Origin: Halolamina sp.
Lineage (GTDB): Archaea > Halobacteriota > Halobacteria > Halobacteriales > Haloferacaceae
DNA: 64,000 bases
Assembly: GCF_036626355.1 (NCBI RefSeq)
Contig: NZ_JAZKRY010000003.1
Location: forward strand, 415-64,414
Direction of reading: 5' to 3'
Positions 10,651 through 19,517 of this stretch are shown in pieces; the stretch's first letter is position 1, and every line of letters begins with the position of its first letter. Under the pieces are notes generated by a model. That model did no database searches. It was not told the DNA's origin and was given only the letters and a program-made list of their open reading frames with translations. Position numbers and translations under genes: made by a program.

Positions 10651-11472
10651 TCAGTCCTGTCGGACCGCGTCGGCGGCCTCCACAAGCTCCCGGGTTCGCA
10701 CCTCGCTCACCGGGTCACCCGAGGCGTCCCCCGCCTTGAGCGCCGTGCCGACGATGACGCCGTCGGCGATCTGGAGGATCTCCCCGACCGTGTCGGCTGT
10801 GACGCCGCTGCCCACGAACAGCGGGACGTCAAGGCCGAACTCCTCGCGGCGGTCGGCGGCCTGCTGGAGCTCCTTCCCATCGACGGCGTGCCCGGTCCCC
10901 ATCCCGGAGACCACTGTCGCGTCAGCTAGCCCCCGCTCGACGTTGTCGGCGAAGGATTCGGCGGTGAAATCCTCGGCGGCGATCGGCGCGGAGTGTTTCA
11001 CGTCGTGGTCGGCGAACACGTTCACGTCGACGCCGAGCCGGTCGCGCTCGCGCATCGTCTGGTAGGCCTGTCCTTCGATGACCCCCTGGTCCGCCACGCG
11101 AGCGCCAGTGTGGATGTTGACGCGCATGAACTCGGCGCCGACGGCCTGCGCGACGGCGAGGTCGGCCATCGCGTCGTTCCGGAGGATGTTGATCCCGACC
11201 GGGAGCGCCACCTCGTCGACGACCGCACCGGCCGCCTGTGTCATCGAGGCGACGACGTGTTTGGGTACGTCGTCGGGGTAGAACGGTGCGTCGCCGAAGT
11301 TCTCGACCATCACGGCATCGACACCACCGTCCTCGAGCGCGCGCGCGTCTTCACGGGCGTTCTCGATGATGGCCTCGCGGTCGCCGTCGAACTGCGGTGC
11401 GCCGGGGAGCGGGTCGAGATGGACCATCCCGACGAGAGGCTGGCTCCGGCCGAACGTCGCTTCGAGGTTCAT
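10651..11472 (-). CDS. BtpA/SgcQ family TIM-barrel protein
   Basis: GMVHLDPLPGAP, MVENFGDAPF, VGINILRND, DVKH, GSGV, ADGVIVGT. Confidence 0.92.
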   Translation of the reverse strand: MNLEATFGRSQPLVGMVHLDPLPGAPQFDGDREAIIENAREDARALEDGGVDAVMVENFGDAPFYPDDVPKHVVASMTQAAGAVVDEVALPVGINILRNDAMADLAVAQAVGAEFMRVNIHTGARVADQGVIEGQAYQTMRERDRLGVDVNVFADHDVKHSAPIAAEDFTAESFADNVERGLADATVVSGMGTGHAVDGKELQQAADRREEFGLDVPLFVGSGVTADTVGEILQIADGVIVGTALKAGDASGDPVSEVRTRELVEAADAVRQD

Positions 11473-11620
11473 ATCTTGCGCTCGGGTGCCCCCGGCTAAT
11501 GCGTGACGAAACGTGGGCCGCGAGGAGTGGCGACGCTTTCAGGCTGGCCTGATACCGGCGCGCGGTACGTCGCCAGACCGATCCCTGTCGCCCGCGCGGT
11601 CTCTCTATTTTCGGTCCGCG

Positions 11621-12529
11621 TTACTCGGCCCAGAGTTCGGTCTGTTCTCTGAGGTCGTCACCGGAGATGGTGGCCCGGATGCGCTCGATCTCCTCGTCGA
11701 CCTCCGCGGAGTTCTCCAACAGCACCGTCTCGCTGGGGAACAGCTGTTCACCCAGTATCAATCCGTGTTCGCGAGCGGTGGTCCCGGTGACGGTGAGGTA
11801 GATGCCGAGCCCCGCTTCGGCGATAGCCGCTTCTTCCTCCTCCTCCTCGTCGGGGTAGGCGAACTCCAGCCCGTCGATGGCCTCAGTGCCGAGCACCGCC
11901 TCTACCAGCCGTTCGTAGCGTGGTGAGATACAGAGCGCCCCCACGTACTCCCGGAGGAACTCTCGGTCGAGTTCCGTCCCGGCGGGCACCGTTTCGGGCG
12001 CGCCGAGCAGCGTGTGATACACCGTATCGCCCAGGCCGGTGACGACCCGGACGTCAGACTCCATCGGGTCGATGCGCTCGTTCACGGCGTCGAGGTCGGC
12101 CACCCCTTCAGGTGCCAGGGCGACCACTTCCTCGAGCACGAGGTCCGCAGCGTCGAACCCGAGCGCGAACTCGTGGGTTCGCAGCGCGCGGAACGGCTCT
12201 TCGCGGCCCACCAGATGAACCGGTTTCCCATCGAGGCGCAACTGCAGGCTGTCGAAGACGATACGGCGTGGTTTCCCCGGACGATCGTCACGGAGCAGTG
12301 TGTACTCGGGGCCACTGGAGAGCTCCGAGTACTCCGCCAGCCGCTCGTAGCTGTCGGCCTCGGTGCGCTGTTCGCCTTTCGTGATGGCTTTCTCGTACCG
12401 CAGCACCGAGGTCACGTTATCGACGAGCGACTCGGCGTCGGGCTCGTCGGCGATGGTCGCTACCCGCTCTAACACCGCCTCCAAGGGGCGGCCTTTGCGG
12501 GGTACCGCGATGGGAACCGGTTCGGTCAT
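11621..12529 (-). CDS. Divergent ATP phosphoribosyltransferase (HisG)-like protein, function unknown
   Basis: IAVPRKGRPLE, ALGFDAADLVLEE, ISPRYERLV and YLTVTGTTAREHGL...PSETVLLEN parallel HisG blocks in order; contains large insertions. Confidence 0.6.
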   Translation of the reverse strand: MTEPVPIAVPRKGRPLEAVLERVATIADEPDAESLVDNVTSVLRYEKAITKGEQRTEADSYERLAEYSELSSGPEYTLLRDDRPGKPRRIVFDSLQLRLDGKPVHLVGREEPFRALRTHEFALGFDAADLVLEEVVALAPEGVADLDAVNERIDPMESDVRVVTGLGDTVYHTLLGAPETVPAGTELDREFLREYVGALCISPRYERLVEAVLGTEAIDGLEFAYPDEEEEEEAAIAEAGLGIYLTVTGTTAREHGLILGEQLFPSETVLLENSAEVDEEIERIRATISGDDLREQTELWAE

Positions 12530-12667
12530 TACCCCAGAAACGAGGCCCGCCGGAAAAGCCGTTGCGGAACCAGACGCCGCTGGCCGGGAGTGTCTACCGA
12601 CCACAATCCCTTCGTGTGGTGCGTACGCAGACGTCTCATGGACTCCGCCTTCGAACCCAGGGGACGG

Positions 12668-13066
12668 ATGTCAGCTGCAGGCCAGTCAGCGTCCGAGGAG
12701 CTCGTCGACCTGGTACTGAGCGGTATCGCCGTCACCCTCCTGCTGGTCGTGCCGGTGTACATCCTCGACCCGGTGGTCAGGGCGCTGGTGTTATTCGAGG
12801 TGGTCATCATCGTCGGCCTCGGAATATTGGGCCGCCATCGCTACGGCAACCGGCTGATAGATGTGGATATGCCCGTCGAGGGGGGCGTCGGGACCACCAT
12901 CATCTCCGGCATCGGGACACAGGACGTAGAGAAGGGGATGGACGAACAGCAGCGCAAGGAGTTGGGCTTCGGCCCCGACGAAGTAGAGCGATTCTCCGGC
13001 GTCAGCGACGACGAGGCTCACGCGGATGACAGCGAGGAGGAACGCGAGGGGCGGGGCGGCCGATAA
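12668..13066 (+). CDS. Hypothetical membrane protein (2 TM plus acidic tail)
   Basis: Two hydrophobic helices followed by an acidic C-terminus; start uncertain. Confidence 0.65.
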   Translation: MSAAGQSASEELVDLVLSGIAVTLLLVVPVYILDPVVRALVLFEVVIIVGLGILGRHRYGNRLIDVDMPVEGGVGTTIISGIGTQDVEKGMDEQQRKELGFGPDEVERFSGVSDDEAHADDSEEEREGRGGR

Positions 13067-13239
13067 TGGTGCTCTCGAACACCCTGCTCCTCGTCGGTGT
13101 GGTGCTCGCCCTGGCGGGCGCCGGGAGCGTTCTGTTCGACGCCACCCACGCCCACGGGAGCCGACGCTTCGTCGGTTATCTGGTCGCGCTCCTGCTGTCC
13201 CTCGCCGGTGTCGGGTTGCTGCTCGCGACGACGCTCTGA
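13066..13239 (+). CDS. Small hypothetical membrane protein (57 aa, 2 TM)
   Basis: MVLSNTLLLVGVVLALAGAGSVLFDATHAHGSRRFVGYLVALLLSLAGVGLLLATTL; ATG overlaps the upstream TAA (TAATG coupling); absent from the ORF track. Confidence 0.7.
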   Translation: MVLSNTLLLVGVVLALAGAGSVLFDATHAHGSRRFVGYLVALLLSLAGVGLLLATTL

Positions 13240-13442
13240 CTCACTCGAACTCGACGCGGTAAGCCTGATAAGCCGTCCAGTTACGCTCTCGAAACCCGGA
13301 TGGAGCCCCACACGCTCCATCGGCAACGAGTCGGGAATGCGGTCGACGATCTTCGCGACCGCGCTCAATATCCAGATACAGAAACGGGTGTCACCGGACT
13401 CTGCCAACTCCGAAACGGCCTCTGGGAGTCTCGAGAGCGTCT

Positions 13443-14282
13443 TCAGGCCGACAGGTCGACCCGATCGCCGATTTCGACCAGTTCGAGCTGGTGGGGGTGC
13501 TCGAAGGAAGCTGTGTGTTTGTGCAGCGCGGTCGGGTCACCCGTCAGCCCTTTCCACATGTCCCAGTGACTCGGGAGCAAGCGGTCCAACTGCAGAGCGT
13601 TTGCAGCCTCGATGACCCGGGACTCGTCGCTGTACCAGCGGGTGTATTTCGGTTCCCGCGTCTCCTTGTCGGGAATCATTCCGGCCGTGCCGAACGCGAG
13701 TATGCCGAGGTCGATATCGAACTCCCGGCCCAGCGCGCTGAAGGAGTCGGTGGGCCGGGAATCCCCGGGATGGAACACTGTTCCGGCCTCGTGTTCGAAG
13801 ACGTAGCCCACCGGATGCTCGGCGTCGGGATCGTTCACCTCGACGACGTGGACGGTGAACTCGCCGATATCCAGCACAGTCCCTTCGGCGACCTCCCGGA
13901 ACTGCGCTGTATCGAGGTCCCAGCGGTCCTCCCACGCCTGGGTTTCGCGTGCGGCTGCCATCGACGCGTCGGGCGCGATGAACTCCGCACCGGTCGTTTC
14001 GAGTATCGGCGCCTGTGACTCGCCGTGGACGTGGTCGCTGTGTTCGTGGGTGGCGAACACTGCATCGGCCTCGTCGACGTCTTCGGGATTGAACGGCACC
14101 GGAATCATCCGGACCGTCCGGGGCGGATCACCCGTCCCGAGATACGGGTCGACGAACAGCGTCGTCCCGTCGCTCCCTTTCAGTACGAATCCGTTACAGC
14201 CCAGATACCAGATGGCGACACCGGCCGGCTTCGCCGCCTCGACGGCCCGTGGCAGCCAATCGCCCCAATCGCTCGTGGTCAT
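13443..14282 (-). CDS. Metallo-beta-lactamase-fold hydrolase (UlaG-like)
   Basis: WYLGCNGF, THEHSDH metal motif, FHPGDS, PSHWD. Confidence 0.88.
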   Translation of the reverse strand: MTTSDWGDWLPRAVEAAKPAGVAIWYLGCNGFVLKGSDGTTLFVDPYLGTGDPPRTVRMIPVPFNPEDVDEADAVFATHEHSDHVHGESQAPILETTGAEFIAPDASMAAARETQAWEDRWDLDTAQFREVAEGTVLDIGEFTVHVVEVNDPDAEHPVGYVFEHEAGTVFHPGDSRPTDSFSALGREFDIDLGILAFGTAGMIPDKETREPKYTRWYSDESRVIEAANALQLDRLLPSHWDMWKGLTGDPTALHKHTASFEHPHQLELVEIGDRVDLSA

Positions 14283-14364
14283 GCTCGGCTCTGGGGCGCC
14301 CCCCTGCATAGCGGTTGTGGAGCCTCCCGAAGATACTCAACGGTGGAGTGTGTTATTCGATGAC

Positions 14365-14478
14365 ATGCAGTCTTCCATCCGGCCAACGGCTGCGTTCGCG
14401 GAGATGACGTACGCGATGCGGAGCGTCAGCTCGAATCCAGTCACCGACGGCGGGGTGCCGGAGCTGTTCGACGGCTAA
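14365..14478 (+). CDS. Possible 37-aa small protein
   Basis: MQSSIRPTAAFAEMTYAMRSVSSNPVTDGGVPELFDG; fills an intergenic gap and has a TDGG motif also seen near the C-termini of other proteins in this window. Confidence 0.3.
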   Translation: MQSSIRPTAAFAEMTYAMRSVSSNPVTDGGVPELFDG

Positions 14479-14592
14479 CCCTGCCGGCGCGGGTCCGACC
14501 CGACTCCAGGAGGTCACGCACGATTATCGCTTTCCGGGCCCTGATTGGACAGTATCGAAACCCCGAAGCGCCCGCTCCACCTGAATCCGATA

Positions 14593-15648
14593 ATGGAGTC
14601 CGGACACCTCGATATTGCGGATTTGGACGGTCCCCTCGACCTGCAGTCCACACTCGAAAGCGGCCAGACGTATCTCTGGGAGCGCGCTGACGGCGAGGAC
14701 TACACCGAGCTCGCAGCCCACGGCGGCGATGGCTGGTACGAGACAGTCCTCCCGGCGTCACCGGGTCTCGCCCGGTTGCCAGACCGCCACTCGCTGTCGA
14801 CAGAGCTGACCCAACGCCCGACAGTGCTCCGTGTGCGGCAGACCGGCAGCGTCGACGACGGCCGGCTGGAGTGGGAGGCCGGCGGCGTCGACGTCGACGA
14901 GGAGGGGCCCAACGAGCCAACCGAACCCGCGGACGGCGAAGCGCTGCTTACCCATCTCCTTCGGCTCGATGATGACCTGAACGCTATCTATGACGCTACG
15001 GACCACGAGCCGCTGATCGAGCAAGCCATCGAGCGGTACCGTGGGATGCGGGTCGTTCGGGACCCGCCGTTCCCCTGCCTGGTTTCGTTCATCTGTTCGG
15101 CACAGATGCGGGTTGCTCGCATCCACGGGATGCAGCGCTCGCTCCGGGAGAGCTGCGGCACGCCGGTCAGCCTCGGCGACCGAACGCTCCACGCCTTCCC
15201 GACGCCGGAGGCGCTGGCGGACTGTACGGAGGCCGACCTCCGAGAGCTCGGTCTCGGCTACCGCGCGCCGTACGTCCAGCGCACCGCCGAGATGGTCGCC
15301 GAGGGGGAGGACGACCCCGCGGACGCCGGCGGGAAACCCTATGAGGAGGCCAGAGCGCATCTCACCCGTTTCGTCGGGGTCGGGGACAAGGTGGCCGACT
15401 GCGTGCTGCTGTTCTCGCTGGGCTATCTACAGGCCAACCCGCTCGACACCTGGATTCAGACAGCTATCGAGGAGTACTTTTCGGACTGCGCGGGCGGAAA
15501 CTACGACGAGACCTCGCGTGCGCTCCGGAAGCGCCTGGGCGGTGGCCTCCCGGAGACCGACGAGGTGTTCGGCGAGAGCGGCGCCGAGGCCTACGCGGGC
15601 TACGCACAGACGTACGTCTTCCACTTGTTACGAAGCGATAGAAGCTGA
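14593..15648 (+). CDS. 8-oxoguanine DNA glycosylase, OGG1-like (HhH-GPD)
   Basis: N-terminal LDLQSTLESGQ (OGG_N-like), GLGYRAPY, HhH motif FVGVGDKVADCVLLF with Lys and downstream PLDTW Asp. Confidence 0.85.
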   Translation: MESGHLDIADLDGPLDLQSTLESGQTYLWERADGEDYTELAAHGGDGWYETVLPASPGLARLPDRHSLSTELTQRPTVLRVRQTGSVDDGRLEWEAGGVDVDEEGPNEPTEPADGEALLTHLLRLDDDLNAIYDATDHEPLIEQAIERYRGMRVVRDPPFPCLVSFICSAQMRVARIHGMQRSLRESCGTPVSLGDRTLHAFPTPEALADCTEADLRELGLGYRAPYVQRTAEMVAEGEDDPADAGGKPYEEARAHLTRFVGVGDKVADCVLLFSLGYLQANPLDTWIQTAIEEYFSDCAGGNYDETSRALRKRLGGGLPETDEVFGESGAEAYAGYAQTYVFHLLRSDRS

Positions 15649-15759
15649 GACGCCAGCCCCCGCTGCGTTCTCGAACGGGAGGAGCGCCACACGAGCCCCG
15701 ACGGTGGCTACCGCCAAACCGGGCTCCCGGTGCTGGCCGACACCGTCTATGAAGCGATC

Positions 15760-15928
15760 TGAGAACGGCCCCATTCCATACTGGATCCCCCTCGTCCATC
15801 GTCCCGTAGAGCTTCGAGGCGACGACCAGTGAATCACGGTCGTCCTCCGAGATCACGCCGCCGATGACCGATTCGCTCCCGCCATCCCGGGAGGTGTTGG
15901 CCGTCTCGATGACGTTGCCCCCGAGTTC
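15760..15928 (-). pseudogene. Aldo/keto reductase gene fragment
   Basis: Frame reads ELGGNVIETANTSRDGGSESVIGGVISEDDRDSLVVASKLYGTMDEGDP, matching the AKR pattern GINFFDTANVY..GESE.ILG......RDELVVATK; no credible start or C-terminal part. Confidence 0.7.
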
Positions 15929-16346
15929 TTTTTTCGCCGGCGGGTATCTTTGGCTTCGCTATCGCTGTCCGACTACGCGCCCGCCCAACCGCTGCTCTGT
16001 GAGGGGTGGTTCATCGCTCGTGAAGACGGCACGGGACGCCCCCCGAGGGGCTCCTGCGTCGAAAAGAACACCGGCAACCATCGCTCCTGCTGACCGCCAG
16101 TACAGCCCCAACAGCACCGTCAACCTCCAGGATTTCGGGAACGTGGTTCCGAGACCGGCAGCACCACAGCCAGCGAGTGCAGCACGCGACATCCCCGGTC
16201 CACGCAAACCTGAGGGGTTCGACTGTGAGGTAAAAACTGGCACGCTCCTCGGGCTACAGCATAGAATTTCTACAAGTTCCACACTTTTCATACATCGTGT
16301 AGTCACAGGGCCAACGGTAAAGTCGGATAGCTCACAACTCAGGGCT

Positions 16347-18428
16347 ATGTCTCACACACCGTACGGCGAGTGGGCCTCTCCCGTCTCCGCCGGGGACGTG
16401 GCTGCGGAGACGCTCCGGTTCGGCCCTATCGCCGCCGAAGACGGGGACACGTACTGGCTCGAACGACGACCGGACGAGGACGGCCGTGGCGTCGTCATGC
16501 GCACGAACAACTCCGCCGACGCGGGGGCCGTCGAGGTCACCCCCGAGGAGACGGACGTCCGCACGCTCGTACACGAGTACGGCGGCGGGGATTTCGCCGT
16601 CCACGAGGGGACCGTTTACTACGCGGACTTCGACGACCAGCGGCTGTATCGGACGGACGGCTCGGACGCTGAGCCGACGCCGGTCACCCCAGACCCCGAA
16701 ACTGAGCACGGGCTGCGCTACGCGGACATGGAGGTGACGCCCGACGGCTCACGGCTCTACGCCGTTCGCGAGCGTCACGAAGGCGAGGACACCGACGGGG
16801 AGGCCGTAACCGAGCTGGTCACGCTGCCGGCCGACGGCAGCACGGCGCCGATGGTCGTCGCCAGCGGCCACGATTTCTACTCGTTCCCGCGACTCTCGCC
16901 CGACGGCGAGCAGTTGGCGTGGACCACCTGGGACCACCCGCGGATGCCCTGGGACGGCACCGAACTCCACGTCGCAGCCGTCGACGAAGCTGGTAGCCTC
17001 TCCGGGGAGCGAGTTGTCATGGGCGGTCCCGAGGAGTCGGTGTTCCAGCCGGGCTGGAGCCCCGGGGGCCGACTCCACGCCGTCTCCGACCGCACGGGCT
17101 GGTGGAACCTCTACGCCGTCGACGCAGACGGCGAGGCCGAGCCGACGAACCGGACCCCCGAGGACGCGGAGTTCGGCGTTCCACAGTGGAGTTTCGGCCT
17201 CTCGACGTACGCCTTCCTCAAAGACGACGCGGCCCGTGCAGGCGCGTCGGGCGAAGACGACGCGAACCGTGCAGGCGCGTCGGGCGGCAACGTCCGGACC
17301 GCGGTCCTCCGGAACTCCGACGGTGTGGGCTCGCTCTGCCTGCTCGACGAGGACGACGACCTGACTGAGACTACCCTCCCGTTCGAGGCGTATCCGCACG
17401 CCCGACTCGTTTCCGACGGCGAGGCGCTCGCGTTCATCGGCGGCGGGCCGACGACGCCAGCGACAGTTGCACGCTGGGCGCCCCCGGCAGCTGATGAGGG
17501 CCACGACGAACGCGAGAGGGCGCTCGACCGGATTCGGCAATCCTTCGAACTCGACCTGGCGCCCGAGGTGGTCTCGGAACCCGAGCATCTCGACGTGCCG
17601 ACCCGGGACGGTGAGAAAACCCACGCGTTCTACTACCCGCCCCAGAACCCGGAGGTGGACGCGCCCCCGGATGCGGAGCCGCCGCTGGTGACGATGGTCC
17701 ACGGCGGGCCGACGAGCCAGACGCTCCCCGTTGCGGCCCTCGATATCCAGTTCTGGACCTCCCGCGGGTTCGCCGTCGCCGACGTGAACTACCGTGGCTC
17801 GACAGGCTACGGCCGCGCGTACCGCGACGCACTCCAGGACGAGTGGGGCGTGCTCGATACTGCGGACTGCGTCGACACTGCGGCACATCTCGCGGAGACC
17901 GGACGGGCTGACGGCGACCGTCTCGCCATCACTGGGGGCAGCGCCGGCGGCTACGCCGTGCTCTGTGCACTGGCGTTCCACGAGGAGTTCGACGCCGGCG
18001 CCAGTCACTACGGCGTCGCCGACCTGGAGGCGCTCGCCACACACACTCACAAGTTCGAGTCGCGCTATCTCGACGGGCTGGTGGGCTCGCTCCCGGCGGA
18101 CCGCGACATCTACGAGGCGCGCTCCCCGGTGTTCCACGCCGACGGTATCGACGCGCCGCTGCTCCTGCTCCAGGGTGGGATGGATCAGGTCGTGCCCCAG
18201 GAGCAGGCAGCGGACATGGTCGACGCGCTGGTCGAGACTGGCACGCCGTATGCGTACGTGCTGTTCCCCGAGGAGCGCCACGGCTTCCGCACCGCCGACG
18301 CGAGCCGGCAGGCCCTGGAGTTCGAACTGGCGTTCTACGGCGAGGCGTTCGGCTTCGCCCCGGCGGACGAGCTTCCGGCGCTCGAACTCCACCGGGGCGA
18401 GCGGGCGAAACGAGAGCTGGGTGACTGA
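16347..18428 (+). CDS. S9 family (prolyl oligopeptidase/acylaminoacyl) peptidase
   Basis: PYGEWASP N-terminus, VHGGPT, VNYRGSTGYGR, nucleophile GGSAGG, D.VVP, EERHGF. Confidence 0.93.
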   Translation: MSHTPYGEWASPVSAGDVAAETLRFGPIAAEDGDTYWLERRPDEDGRGVVMRTNNSADAGAVEVTPEETDVRTLVHEYGGGDFAVHEGTVYYADFDDQRLYRTDGSDAEPTPVTPDPETEHGLRYADMEVTPDGSRLYAVRERHEGEDTDGEAVTELVTLPADGSTAPMVVASGHDFYSFPRLSPDGEQLAWTTWDHPRMPWDGTELHVAAVDEAGSLSGERVVMGGPEESVFQPGWSPGGRLHAVSDRTGWWNLYAVDADGEAEPTNRTPEDAEFGVPQWSFGLSTYAFLKDDAARAGASGEDDANRAGASGGNVRTAVLRNSDGVGSLCLLDEDDDLTETTLPFEAYPHARLVSDGEALAFIGGGPTTPATVARWAPPAADEGHDERERALDRIRQSFELDLAPEVVSEPEHLDVPTRDGEKTHAFYYPPQNPEVDAPPDAEPPLVTMVHGGPTSQTLPVAALDIQFWTSRGFAVADVNYRGSTGYGRAYRDALQDEWGVLDTADCVDTAAHLAETGRADGDRLAITGGSAGGYAVLCALAFHEEFDAGASHYGVADLEALATHTHKFESRYLDGLVGSLPADRDIYEARSPVFHADGIDAPLLLLQGGMDQVVPQEQAADMVDALVETGTPYAYVLFPEERHGFRTADASRQALEFELAFYGEAFGFAPADELPALELHRGERAKRELGD
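17221..17286 (+). repeat. 33-bp in-frame tandem duplication inside the S9 peptidase
   Basis: AAGACGACGCGGCCCGTGCAGGCGCGTCGGGCG followed by AAGACGACGCGAACCGTGCAGGCGCGTCGGGCG (2 mismatches); encodes DDAARAGASGE/DDANRAGASGG. Confidence 0.9.
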
Positions 18429-18434
18429 GCCGGC

Positions 18435-19517
18435 TTACAGCGTCAACTCGACCGGCTCCATCTCCAGGAACGCGGTCTCGTACCCCTCGTGGCGGGACGC
18501 CTGTGTCGGCGCGTCGATTATGATCGTAAGATCGTCGCCCGTCTCGACGCTCGGCACCGCGGCGCCGTAATGGATATCGAGCTCCGGGCTTACCGTGGCG
18601 CGGAGCACGTCGTCGTACACGGTCTCGCCGTCGCGCTCCAGCGTCGCCGAGAGCGACATCAACGGCAGCGTGTAGCCGTTGTACCGCGTCCGGGGCGACA
18701 CCGCGAGATACGGCTCGCTCTCGCTCCCGCCGTACTGCGCCGAGCGCTCCAGCGTGGTCACGGCGAACTCGGCGTCACCGCTCGTTCCCGTCTCGCGGAG
18801 CGTTCCAGGGAGCGCGTCGGGTTCGGGGACAGCTGTGGATGGGACCATCTCCATCCCCATCGCCGGCACCGCGCCGAGAGTCCCCTCTTTCTCCTCGGGA
18901 ATATCGGTGAACGAAAGCTCGTCGAGCTTCGAGCGCTGGTAGTCGAGGCTGAACTCGAAGCTGGCCGACCCCGCATCCGCCAGCGAGCCGGTCCGCCGGC
19001 TCCCGGGCTCGCCGACGGAGACAGTGATCTCGTAGCTCCCCTCCCCGGGAAGCTGGACGTTATCCCCGAAGTGGAACCCCATCGGCTGGGAGAGCATCGG
19101 CCACGGGCTGACCTCGGTGACGCGCTCGCCGTCCTGGGCCACGGCGATGTTCGGGTTCACGTCCGGCGTGACGATACCGGTCTCCGCGTGCCAGACGACC
19201 GGCATCAGGTGGAGCGAGTCGTCCTCGCCAACGGTCACCGTGTTGCGGTTCGTCCCCGTAATGGTCCAGAATCGATGGGGGTAGGTGTAGGTCAATGCGC
19301 ATTTGTAGGCGCCGTCGCTTCCCATCCCCGACATCTGCATCCCCTCGACGTGGGTCGGGTAGTACACACCATCCGGACGGTTTTCGACCAGTGGGGGCTG
19401 TCGGTTGCTGGATTCGAGCGAGAAGCCGGCACAGCCCGCGAGCCCGCTCAGCCCCGCGGCGCCGAGGCCGGCGAGGAACGCCCGTCTGGGCGGTGAATCA
19501 CCGTCAGGCCGAGACAT
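18435..19517 (-). CDS. Tat lipoprotein with P19/Tp34-like metal-binding domain (putative Fe/Cu uptake)
   Basis: PRRAFL...LAGC; HLMPVVW and PMLSQPMGFHFGDNVQLPGEGSYEITV resemble the P19/FetP M..M..HYG.N motif; a degenerate repeat (DIHYGAAV) lies in the C-terminal half. Confidence 0.7.
   Translation of the reverse strand: MSRPDGDSPPRRAFLAGLGAAGLSGLAGCAGFSLESSNRQPPLVENRPDGVYYPTHVEGMQMSGMGSDGAYKCALTYTYPHRFWTITGTNRNTVTVGEDDSLHLMPVVWHAETGIVTPDVNPNIAVAQDGERVTEVSPWPMLSQPMGFHFGDNVQLPGEGSYEITVSVGEPGSRRTGSLADAGSASFEFSLDYQRSKLDELSFTDIPEEKEGTLGAVPAMGMEMVPSTAVPEPDALPGTLRETGTSGDAEFAVTTLERSAQYGGSESEPYLAVSPRTRYNGYTLPLMSLSATLERDGETVYDDVLRATVSPELDIHYGAAVPSVETGDDLTIIIDAPTQASRHEGYETAFLEMEPVELTL

Noticed and set aside
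12600-12670. TTCGAACCC resembling a tRNA T-loop
   Set aside because: No cloverleaf, acceptor stem or D-arm can be built around it.
13241-13442. Possible small minus-strand gene ending TAYQAYRVEFE
   Set aside because: No convincing start codon or homology.
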